A stretch of DNA of 20,000 nucleotides, taken from IMG/VR virus record IMGVR_UViG_3300010885_019006, positions 54,356-74,355 of that record; one strand, 5' to 3'. The position numbers and the translations under genes were made by a program. The DNA is from an uncultured virus (IMG/VR IMGVR_UViG_3300010885_019006). Its lineage: Duplodnaviria > Heunggongvirae > Uroviricota > Caudoviricetes. The first letter of the stretch is position 1. The number at the start of each line of letters is the position of its first letter. The notes below the pieces were generated by a model. The model was given only the letters and a program-made list of their open reading frames with translations. It was not told the DNA's origin and made no database searches. Below are positions 7,567-14,146 of this stretch, one piece after another.

Positions 7567-7593
7567 GTTTTATCTCCTAGCTAGTAAGTTAGC

Positions 7594-7623
7594 TTAGAAG
7601 ATATCGCTTTCCATGTAGTTCAT
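7594..7623 (-). CDS. Leader peptide MNYMESDIF*
   Basis: GGAG RBS 7 nt before the ATG; the stop lies in a hairpin that pairs with the downstream SD. Confidence 0.6.
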   Translation of the reverse strand: MNYMESDIF

Positions 7624-7650
7624 TTTTAATCTCCAAACTTTAGTCATCAG

Positions 7651-7725
7651 TGGTATCTCTCGTAGGTTACGCTCCTACTTCTCCAGAATGTCGATCTGGG
7701 ATTCTAACTAGTGAACTAGAGAGAC
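7651..7725 (-). tRNA. tRNA-Val(GAC) with C33 and an atypical T-loop
   Basis: CCAGA-TCGACAT-TCTGG; T arm GTAGG-AGCGTAA-CCTAC; CCA. Confidence 0.75.
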
Positions 7726-7734
7726 ATATAATTC

Positions 7735-7811
7735 TGGTGCCAGGAGAGGGACTTGAACCCTCAGACATTAGGCTCTCGACCTAATCGCTTTGCCAATTTG
7801 CGTATCCGGGC
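7735..7811 (-). tRNA. tRNA-Leu(GAG) with C33 and short variable loop
   Basis: TTAGG-TCGAGAG-CCTAA; CCA. Confidence 0.8.
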
Positions 7812-7818
7812 ATTAACT

Positions 7819-7897
7819 TGGTGCCTGTAGTGAGACTCGAACTCACACTGTAAGCGGTTTTGAACCCCTCGCCTTCTTCCATTTGGGCTACACAGGC
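7819..7897 (-). tRNA. tRNA-Leu(CAA), short variable loop
   Basis: AGGGG-TTCAAAA-CCGCT; CCA. Confidence 0.82.
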
Positions 7898-7913
7898 ATA
7901 ATCTATTTATATC

Positions 7914-7988
7914 TGGTGCCCTCACGGAGAATCGAACTCCGACTTGATCCTTACCAAGGACCCGTTCTGCCGTTACAACTATGTGGGC
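7914..7988 (-). tRNA. tRNA-Thr(GGU)
   Basis: GGTCC-TTGGTAA-GGATC; CCA. Confidence 0.88.
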
Positions 7989-7990
7989 AA

Positions 7991-8128
7991 TTATTCTACT
8001 TGAACATATCCATAATAAGGTCCACCAAAATGGCATCTATCACTTCTACTGTTTTTATATCTATAGCAAGAAGTACAAACAGCACACTTCATAAGTGTTG
8101 TTGTTTCTTCTTTTTTCTTCTTAGACAT
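7991..8128 (-). CDS. Small Cys-rich protein (45 aa, MSKKKKEE...)
   Basis: Translated by hand; CxxCxxC...CH pattern; fills the inter-tRNA gap. Confidence 0.5.
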   Translation of the reverse strand: MSKKKKEETTTLMKCAVCTSCYRYKNSRSDRCHFGGPYYGYVQVE

Positions 8129-8141
8129 AAAATTCTTTCAG

Positions 8142-8234
8142 TGGAGGAAGGCCGAGGTCCCGATCCTCAGACTATATCACTATAGCCCCACTGGTTTAGC
8201 AAACCGTGACAATCACCCGACTGCTTGACCTTCC
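8142..8234 (-). tRNA. tRNA-Ser(GCU), 8/4 fold
   Basis: Loop TTGCTAA; acceptor GGAAGGTC/GGCCTTCC; T-stem GAGG/CCTC; 6-bp D-stem with 4-nt loop; U73. Confidence 0.8.
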
Positions 8235-8239
8235 GTGTA

Positions 8240-8392
8240 TTATTTTGGTGCCATTGCAATAGCACCCATTCCTGCAAATCCAGCGGCAAAGAAATATGTA
8301 GCAATTATATATGGATTTATATTATTAGCAATGTTATTAAATCCTAGACCAAGATTAAGAATAAGAAGTAAAATTTGTAATACAATCCACAT
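8240..8392 (-). CDS. Small membrane protein (50 aa, MWIVLQILL...)
   Basis: Translated by hand; two hydrophobic helices. Confidence 0.55.
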   Translation of the reverse strand: MWIVLQILLLILNLGLGFNNIANNINPYIIATYFFAAGFAGMGAIAMAPK

Positions 8393-8410
8393 GTCAATTT
8401 TCTTTCATAA

Positions 8411-8502
8411 TGGAGGAGCGCGGGATTCCCGCCATCCAGACCTGTTTTAGAGGTCCCAACCGCTTTCCAAGCGGTGCCAGCACCTCGGCTGGTTCACACT
8501 CC
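8411..8502 (-). tRNA. tRNA-Ser(GGA), 8/4 fold
   Basis: ACCGC-TTGGAAA-GCGGT; acceptor GGAGTGTG/CGCGCTCC; T arm GGAT-GGCGGGA-ATCC. Confidence 0.85.
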
Positions 8503-8506
8503 AGAC

Positions 8507-8716
8507 TTATTTAGACGTAGTATGCACAGCACCGGTGAAAATACCAACAAGTATCCATAGACCAAATGCTGATGACCAGTCAATAGCCTTAGCCCATGTC
8601 ACAGCAGGAACAAGTGAATCATTCCATAGCCACATTATAGGGAATGACATAATACAACCTAGAATGATATTAGCTATAATTGAGCCGACAAACTTTGCAA
8701 AAGCATCAGAATCCAT
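8507..8716 (-). CDS. Small membrane protein (69 aa, MDSDAFAK...)
   Basis: GGAG RBS; PIMWLWN motif; two hydrophobic segments. Confidence 0.8.
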   Translation of the reverse strand: MDSDAFAKFVGSIIANIILGCIMSFPIMWLWNDSLVPAVTWAKAIDWSSAFGLWILVGIFTGAVHTTSK

Positions 8717-8736
8717 AATATTCTCCAAAAGTAAAG

Positions 8737-8813
8737 TGGTGGACAATCTGGGGTTCGAACCCAGGACCTCAGGTTTAAAAGACCCGTGCAACTACCAACT
8801 GTGCTAATCGTCC
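8737..8813 (-). tRNA. tRNA-Lys(UUU)
   Basis: CGGGT-CTTTTAA-ACCTG; CCA. Confidence 0.9.
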
Positions 8814-8823
8814 ATATTCTTAA

Positions 8824-9033
8824 TTACCAAATTTCTGCTCGAACTTCTTGTCTACGTTCATCTAGAAGTTTTACAACTCTGCGACATTTTGAGATAGCAC
8901 CCTGAGTTGTTCTAGATCTTCCAATCTCTTTTGCAATATCCTCATCACTCCAACACTCAACCAAATAGTCCCAACCATCTTTCTCATAGTTAGCAAGTGC
9001 ATGTTCACGAACTGCAGCAATCAAATCAGTCAT
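8824..9033 (-). CDS. Hypothetical protein (69 aa)
   Basis: AAGGA RBS; NYEKDGWDYLVECW motif. Confidence 0.8.
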   Translation of the reverse strand: MTDLIAAVREHALANYEKDGWDYLVECWSDEDIAKEIGRSRTTQGAISKCRRVVKLLDERRQEVRAEIW

Positions 9034-9046
9034 AACAAAATCCTTT

Positions 9047-9117
9047 TGGTGCCAGAAGTGGGTAACGATCCCACCTAGTCAGCCTTATGAGAGCCGACCG
9101 GTCCCTGACCCACTGGC
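9047..9117 (-). tRNA. tRNA(CAU), Met or Ile2, with a miniature D-arm
   Basis: CGGCT-CTCATAA-GGCTG; D-arm GGTC-AGG-GACC; T-loop ATCGTTA; 71 nt. Confidence 0.7.
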
Positions 9118-9118
9118 A

Positions 9119-9250
9119 TTATTCGTCATAAACGCGATCATATTCAAACTTGCGAAGACGGCGCCGCTGATAAGTGGTTTTCTTATCAGGCACAACCTTC
9201 GGAACATTGTATTTCCAAGCATTACCTGCAACTGGATTACGCGGCTTCAT
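9119..9250 (-). CDS. Small basic protein (43 aa), weakly ArfA-like
   Basis: GGAG RBS; sequence RNPVA...KVVPDKKTTYQRRR. Confidence 0.7.
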   Translation of the reverse strand: MKPRNPVAGNAWKYNVPKVVPDKKTTYQRRRLRKFEYDRVYDE

Positions 9251-9275
9251 GTCGATCTCCAAACTTTTCTTAAAC

Positions 9276-9437
9276 TTACGGATAAGCTTCAAAGAAGTAA
9301 TAACCGTCACGGTCCTCAAAACCAAGAGGGCGAGCAGGCTTAGTATCAAGCCAGTCCTTTGCATCATCTTCAGAGTCCATAAGAAACATGGACTCTTCTT
9401 CCTTGTTGTCATAGCAACGGTAAACAACCAAAACCAT
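9276..9437 (-). CDS. Early hypothetical protein (53 aa, MVLVVYRCY...)
   Basis: Translated by hand from the ATG of the cassette at 9435-9491. Confidence 0.7.
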   Translation of the reverse strand: MVLVVYRCYDNKEEESMFLMDSEDDAKDWLDTKPARPLGFEDRDGYYFFEAYP

Positions 9438-9499
9438 GTTAAACTCCATTCCCTATAGATTATGTATAATCCATACCGAGAAATATGTCAACCAAAAAG

Positions 9500-9592
9500 T
9501 GGAGGAGCAGTTCGGTGTCGATCCGAATACCAGTCTTAGTGGTACCTTTGGTTTTCAAAACCAAGACGAGGGCCGCCTCGCTTATCTACTCC
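9500..9592 (-). tRNA. tRNA-Ser(UGA) with a 6-bp D-stem
   Basis: TTGGT-TTTGAAA-ACCAA; long variable arm; T-loop ATCGACA; U73. Confidence 0.85.
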
Positions 9593-9651
9593 AAAATTTG
9601 TCGGCGCGGTCCGTTTCCCGCATTAAGTCTCTGGATCAACGCCAATTCTAT

Positions 9652-10068
9652 TTATGTGAATGTCTTAAGGGATCTAAGATCCGGACCAACTTTATCTTCT
9701 GCAATTGGACCTAGACCCAAGCAAGTAGTCGTAGGTTCATCGAATACTGTGAACCCAGCATCAGTTACAAGACTAGTACCGCAGATGTTCTTGTACTTTT
9801 CTTGTAGAGTCTTGAGTTCATCCACAGTATCTACGATCAACGTAATCTTGTATGCACGGTCACTATTATAGTACGCCTGTGCTTGATCTACTTTGCGTTT
9901 TGCAATTAATACTTCTTCCGTAGTAAACGGTTCTACATTAGCAGCATAGTTAGCGTCCCAAAACGCATGGAGGTAAGCGTGTCCTGCTTGAGTACACATC
10001 TTACCTCGAATTCCATTCATCTTCTTTACAGATTCAAGTGCAAAGATGCAGTACATTTTATATTGCAT
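9652..10068 (-). CDS. pth2: Peptidyl-tRNA hydrolase, Pth2 family
   Basis: GKMCTQAGHA, KITL, DAGFT and TCLGLGP motifs. Confidence 0.92.
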   Translation of the reverse strand: MQYKMYCIFALESVKKMNGIRGKMCTQAGHAYLHAFWDANYAANVEPFTTEEVLIAKRKVDQAQAYYNSDRAYKITLIVDTVDELKTLQEKYKNICGTSLVTDAGFTVFDEPTTTCLGLGPIAEDKVGPDLRSLKTFT

Positions 10069-10084
10069 TTTAAATCCTTCTAAT

Positions 10085-10163
10085 TGGTCGCGACGAGGAG
10101 ATTCGAACTCCTAACTCGGGTACCACAAACCCGCGTGTTCACCGTTTACACCACGCCGTCACA
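10085..10163 (-). tRNA. tRNA-His(GUG) variant with A73 and no G-1
   Basis: CGGGT-TTGTGGT-ACCCG; 3' end CGTCGCG-A-CCA; 5' end ambiguous (10160-10163). Confidence 0.75.
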
Positions 10164-10167
10164 AAGA

Positions 10168-10270
10168 TGGGAATTATCGTATTCCCTGTGGGTCGAGTTT
10201 TGTCCCACACGGCAGTACTATGAACACAACAAAACGGAATGGATACGTATCCTATTGTTGACTAGTACGA
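10168..10270 (-). ncRNA. Putative structured RNA between tRNAs
   Basis: Helices GTACTA/TAGTAC, CAACAA/TTGTTG, TGTGGG/CCCACA and GGGAAT/ATTCCC. Confidence 0.45.
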
Positions 10271-10299
10271 GCTCTAATATCCGCCTAACTCGGTTTAAC

Positions 10300-10376
10300 T
10301 GGAGGACCTGCCGGGTCTCGAACCCGGATCGCAAGGATTAAGAGTCCCGCTATTAGCCTATTATTAAGACAGGTCC
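10300..10376 (-). tRNA. tRNA-Lys(CUU) with a weak D-arm
   Basis: Loop CTCTTAA; acceptor GGACCTG/CAGGTCC-T-CCA. Confidence 0.75.
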
Positions 10377-10382
10377 ATTAAC

Positions 10383-10505
10383 TTAAAATTCACCTTCATC
10401 AGCTTCAGAAGTCTTATCTTCATTCACAAAATCACAACCATAACAGTGACCAGACCGTTCTGTTCCATGTACTTCCAAGTATTCTTCACAAAAATCGCAA
10501 AGCAT
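10383..10505 (-). CDS. Small zinc-ribbon-like protein (40 aa)
   Basis: MLCDFC...HCYGC, two CxxC motifs; translated by hand. Confidence 0.6.
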   Translation of the reverse strand: MLCDFCEEYLEVHGTERSGHCYGCDFVNEDKTSEADEGEF

Positions 10506-10506
10506 A

Positions 10507-10704
10507 TCAGTAATCCTTACTCATAAAACCTGAGTCATCCATCTCAAAGCCAGTCTCCGAATTCAATTCGAACTTGGTCTCGATCAAATTGATCAAATCT
10601 TTCTTAACTGCCTGTATATACATAGTGTCATTAAAGTTAGAAAGTTCGACAAAAACCGGACCTTGAAACTTCTTGAGCTTTTTGATAAGATCACAAGCAA
10701 TCAT
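10507..10704 (-). CDS. Early hypothetical protein (65 aa)
   Basis: Starts at the cassette ATG (cassette 10702-10757). Confidence 0.75.
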   Translation of the reverse strand: MIACDLIKKLKKFQGPVFVELSNFNDTMYIQAVKKDLINLIETKFELNSETGFEMDDSGFMSKDY

Positions 10705-10740
10705 ATTGATCTCCATTCCTTATAATTTAGTCTACCACGG

Positions 10741-11013
10741 CTATGGAAAAATGTCAACCAAAAAGAGCATTGCTTCTTCTTTTGTTTTAAAAGTTTTTGA
10801 GATTAGAGGATCTTGAAGTGCGACATGGACAGTCTCACCAAAGCACCTAATCAACCCGTAGCCGGGATACCTACCACTACCTGGAGCTCTGTTGTTCCAC
10901 CTGGTGCGTCTGGAAGACGTCCATGGGAATGGTTTACAGTCGTAGGTAGTATCAAGTATCCCAGCCACATGTTTGTAGAATTCTTCGTTTGTCAATCTAT
11001 TCCAAGACTGCAT
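10741..11013 (-). CDS. Hypothetical protein (90 aa)
   Basis: ORF overlapping the end of gapR; RTRWNNRAPGSGRYPGYG motif. Confidence 0.75.
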   Translation of the reverse strand: MQSWNRLTNEEFYKHVAGILDTTYDCKPFPWTSSRRTRWNNRAPGSGRYPGYGLIRCFGETVHVALQDPLISKTFKTKEEAMLFLVDIFP

Positions 11014-11240
11014 TTGTAAGTCTCAAGAATAGCTTCCTCAGCCATTCGATCATCACGTGACTTCTTACGGATCTTGATGATTTCCTTCATAGCCTTGGTA
11101 TCATACCCAGTGGCTTTAGCTTCACCAAAAACATCCTTGATGTCGTCACTAATGCCCTTCTTTTCATCTTGTAGGCGCTCGACACGTTCAATAAGTAGGC
11201 GTAGCCGATCATCAGTGGTAGTTGCATCAGTATCAATCAT
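10992..11240 (-). CDS. gapR: GapR / DUF2312 nucleoid-associated protein
   Basis: DDRLRLLIERVERL..EKK.ISDDIKDVF.EAKA.GYD.K.M..II..RK signature; AAGGA RBS before the ATG at 11240. Confidence 0.92.
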   Translation of the reverse strand: MIDTDATTTDDRLRLLIERVERLQDEKKGISDDIKDVFGEAKATGYDTKAMKEIIKIRKKSRDDRMAEEAILETYKCSLGID

Positions 11241-11251
11241 AATATAGTCCT

Positions 11252-11932
11252 TCACTTGTTGTTTAATTTTCTTCCAGAATACCAATTCTCAGGAATTATA
11301 TCTGTCTTTTTTATTTTTTTATTCTCAGTACCATTTGTAATCCATATTGACCCAAATTGAGAATTTTTTGAACCAGATTGTGAAAGAGAATTTGCAATTC
11401 CCATTTTTTTCTTAGTTTCTTCGGTGTGAATTTTACCACTAAATCCATTAACACCGCCATTATTATAATAATTTTTATTGCTTTCTGAAACCTTTTTTCT
11501 TCTTTCTTCTGCCCATAAACCATTTTGTTTCCATAATATCTTTTGAGTAACTCTTCCCTTATTTAATCCATCAAAAAATATTTTTCTATATTCAAGAACA
11601 AACATGGTTACTTCCAAACCATTTCTTTTTCCATTCTTATTAATATAACCCCAACCGCCTTTTCCTCCGGGACAGATATTGTAAGTGTCCTCACGAAGGC
11701 AGAAGTCCTCGGTTACAAGTTCAGCTTCTTTAGAGTTCATTTCTTCTTCTGAACTAAATATGAAAAGAAGTTCTTTCTTAAAATTTTCTAAACCGTGTTT
11801 CTTTTGAGATCTAGTTAATAATTTACCAGAACCCATGTAATTATCATTAAGATCATATGTTTCGTGTTTACCGATATAAATTTTATTATTAAGTAAGTCT
11901 GTTATCTGATAAATTGTATAATACTTTTGCAT
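11252..11932 (-). mobile_element. Free-standing GIY-YIG homing endonuclease (Seg-like)
   Basis: TIY-x-IYIGKH, YMGSG, NUMOD3-like KIHTEETKKK and WITNG; AT-rich; late promoter. Confidence 0.9.
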
Positions 11933-11942
11933 GTTTATAGTC

Positions 11943-11988
11943 CAGGATTTTATAAAAGAGTCTTATATGCTCTATTTATAAAATCCTG
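11943..11988 (-). promoter_or_regulatory. Late promoter inside a hairpin next to the endonuclease RBS
   Basis: CAGGATTTTATAAATAGAG/CTCTTTTATAAAATCCTG inverted repeat containing TATAAATA. Confidence 0.75.
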
Positions 11989-11997
11989 AACTCTATG

Positions 11998-12068
11998 ATC
12001 CCCGTCAGGGATTCGAACCCCAATCTGATGGCTCAAAACCACCGGTCCTGCCGTTAAACGAACGGGGA
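11998..12068 (-). tRNA. tRNA-Gln(UUG) without an encoded CCA
   Basis: GGTGG-TTTTGAG-CCATC; ends ACGGGGA-T-CAT. Confidence 0.85.
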
Positions 12069-12071
12069 ATG

Positions 12072-13352
12072 TTATTTGCGATACACAGAAATTAAATTGT
12101 CTCTATGTATATTCTTTACATTAACAGTTTGAGCAAATAAGTCAACTGAAAGTTTTACACTGTCAATGTTTATATCATCAAAAATGAGTAATGCATTATC
12201 TGCTAATAGATTATAGCTTAGAATAGCATCAGTAAGAACACTTTTAAGATCATGTTCACCATCAACATAAATGACATCAAACTTAATATCAGGATCAGTC
12301 AAAGCTTCAAGCATTACACTAGTAGATTCTACTGGAATTGTATTAAGCTTGTAGTAATACTTTGAAAAGTAAGTATGATATCTGAACAATTGTTCAAGAT
12401 CTTGTGAAGGCCAATAAGCTTCCTTCTGTTCATAAGTTCCTCTAAATGAACCTATAACATGCATCTGACTATCATTATGACTTAATAGCTTATTAGATAG
12501 CCAGACTGTAGATCTACCTTCATAACCACCAAGAACCAGAACATTAAGCTTTCGATCTGCATTAAAGTAGTTATCAAAAACAACATTAAGTGCTGGAATC
12601 TGAAGATCAAATATCTTATTTGAGTAATGAAGCTTTCGTTCTGGTGCAATCTTAGCCCCAGGTCGAACATACTTTAAGAACTTTTGTGTATTATAAGCAT
12701 TCCAAAAGCCAGGATTGCCACTTGTTTCAATACAAGATGATCTGTTACCTACTACAGCTACTACTGGGGGTGGATCAAGTGTCCGCATCTTAAGATCGAA
12801 CATGTTTCGCATACCAAGTTGACCATCAAGCGAATCATTAAAGCCATACTTTTCAAAGCAAAAAATTAGATATCTTGCTGTGGCTGGTGTGATAGCATAA
12901 GCGTGAGTACCTTCGAATCTATCCACCTCAACATAATCATACGACACATCAGATGGAACATTGTAGTCGTATTCTAAGTCGATTCTAGGACCAAGCCATA
13001 AAATTTCATTATCCACAGGTTCAACTGAACTAAAGTCATACTTAACAATTGCATCATGCTCTAAAACAACGCCAGGCTCACCAGACTCGACAATTTTTTG
13101 CCAAATACGATAATGACCTGCGGAACAAGAGAATGCACCGTTAATTTCTTTAGACTTAGTACTTATCTGATTTACATAGAAGGGAATGATTGGAACATCT
13201 AGTTCCTTACATAGTTCTTGATATGTAGCACCATTATAACCAAGTACTGGAATAGGATTAAAATTGAACTTTAAACAAGTCCCAACGCAATCATCTTTAT
13301 AAGAAATTGAGTCTTTATTGTCAATGTATAGAATATAGATATTTTTAAGCAT
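12072..13352 (-). CDS. GT25-like glycosyltransferase fused to a class I SAM methyltransferase
   Basis: N-terminal CSAGH..IW, VLEHDA and GTHAYAITP; C-terminal VLGGYEGRS, FDVIYVDGEH and FDD. Confidence 0.8.
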   Translation of the reverse strand: MLKNIYILYIDNKDSISYKDDCVGTCLKFNFNPIPVLGYNGATYQELCKELDVPIIPFYVNQISTKSKEINGAFSCSAGHYRIWQKIVESGEPGVVLEHDAIVKYDFSSVEPVDNEILWLGPRIDLEYDYNVPSDVSYDYVEVDRFEGTHAYAITPATARYLIFCFEKYGFNDSLDGQLGMRNMFDLKMRTLDPPPVVAVVGNRSSCIETSGNPGFWNAYNTQKFLKYVRPGAKIAPERKLHYSNKIFDLQIPALNVVFDNYFNADRKLNVLVLGGYEGRSTVWLSNKLLSHNDSQMHVIGSFRGTYEQKEAYWPSQDLEQLFRYHTYFSKYYYKLNTIPVESTSVMLEALTDPDIKFDVIYVDGEHDLKSVLTDAILSYNLLADNALLIFDDINIDSVKLSVDLFAQTVNVKNIHRDNLISVYRK

Positions 13353-13506
13353 TATGTACTCGCTTAGACCAAACTGTATTATAGAAGTTTAATTCTGCAA
13401 TATTGTGTTTGTAAGTTAGAAACTTTGCACGTTCAGCTTTAGGGAGATTATCAAACCAGTCCCAAAAAGCTTTCTTAAACTCAGGTGAGTCAAAAAGATC
13501 TTCCAT
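13345..13506 (-). CDS. Hypothetical protein (53 aa)
   Basis: GAG RBS; overlaps the start of the glycosyltransferase gene. Confidence 0.7.
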   Translation of the reverse strand: MEDLFDSPEFKKAFWDWFDNLPKAERAKFLTYKHNIAELNFYNTVWSKRVHNA

Positions 13507-13522
13507 GTTAATCTCACTTGAT

Positions 13523-13596
13523 TGGCTGCCCCTCAAGGACTCGAACCTTGATTGACGGATTCAGAGTCCGCTCTCTTACCATTAGAGGAAAGGGCA
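13523..13596 (-). tRNA. tRNA-Gln(CUG)
   Basis: GCGGA-CTCTGAA-TCCGT; G73; CCA. Confidence 0.92.
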
Positions 13597-13603
13597 ATAT
13601 AAC

Positions 13604-13671
13604 TGGTGGACATAATGGGACTCGAACCCAAATACCGGGCGCCGTATGGTTGGTGGTTGCCTAACATGCCC
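13604..13671 (-). pseudogene. tRNA-like element with acceptor and T arm but no recognisable D or anticodon arm
   Basis: GGGCATG/TATGTCC-A-CCA; TGGG-TTCGAGT-CCCA; 68 nt. Confidence 0.65.
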
Positions 13672-13677
13672 ATAAGG

Positions 13678-13752
13678 TGGAGAGGATGAAGGGAATCGAA
13701 CCCTCATCTCTAGACTGGCAATCTAGCGCAGTTCCCAAACTACGACACCCTC
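13678..13752 (-). tRNA. tRNA-Gly(GCC)
   Basis: CTAGA-TTGCCAG-TCTAG; U73; CCA. Confidence 0.85.
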
Positions 13753-13927
13753 ATATTTCTTTAAGTTTAACCCAACAAGTATAAGAATCATTTTTCATAA
13801 AGTTCTCATCTTCTTGAGCATGAGGTTCACAAAGATAATGTGAACCTGCAAATTGAGTATGTCTTATATATTCTGCTTTCTTATCACAGTCTTCATAAGC
13901 ATTCCCAAAGCATTCTTCTTTCATCAT
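13751..13927 (-). CDS. Small protein with C...C/CxxH pattern (58 aa)
   Basis: AGGA RBS; MMKEECFG...YLCEPHA. Confidence 0.7.
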   Translation of the reverse strand: MMKEECFGNAYEDCDKKAEYIRHTQFAGSHYLCEPHAQEDENFMKNDSYTCWVKLKEI

Positions 13928-13938
13928 ATATCCTAAAC

Positions 13939-14014
13939 TGGAGTCCCGTTCGGGAATTGAACCCGAGTACGATGGTTTTGCAGACCACGACAATTGCCAT
14001 TCTGTCAACGAGAC
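13939..14014 (-). tRNA. tRNA-Cys(GCA)
   Basis: GTGGT-CTGCAAA-ACCAT; U73. Confidence 0.9.
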
Positions 14015-14023
14015 ATTAATTCT

Positions 14024-14098
14024 TGGTGCCCACTGGAAGAATTGAACTTCCGACCTACGAGTTATCAGCTCGTTGCTCTCCCACTGAGCTAAACGGGC
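14024..14098 (-). tRNA. tRNA-Ile(GAU)
   Basis: ACGAG-CTGATAA-CTCGT. Confidence 0.92.
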
Positions 14099-14105
14099 AT
14101 TAATT

Positions 14106-14134
14106 TGGGGTGACGTAGGGGTAACGATCCCCTC
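14106..14134 (-). pseudogene. 3' fragment of a tRNA, probably His (C73)
   Basis: AGGGG-ATCGTTA-CCCCT-ACGTCAC-C-CCA with no 5' half. Confidence 0.6.
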
Positions 14135-14146
14135 ACTTTTCAATAA

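Noticed and set aside
7761..8036. Minus-strand ORF-track entries running through tRNAs (also 13928-14188, 19429-19620, 8717-8791)
   Set aside because: These are translations of tRNA sequence; the real starts are downstream or absent.
1458..10200. Shared 12-mer TGGGTCGAGTTT in two structured regions (1458-1469 and 10189-10200)
   Set aside because: Several 12-bp matches are expected by chance in 20 kb, and the flanks do not align.
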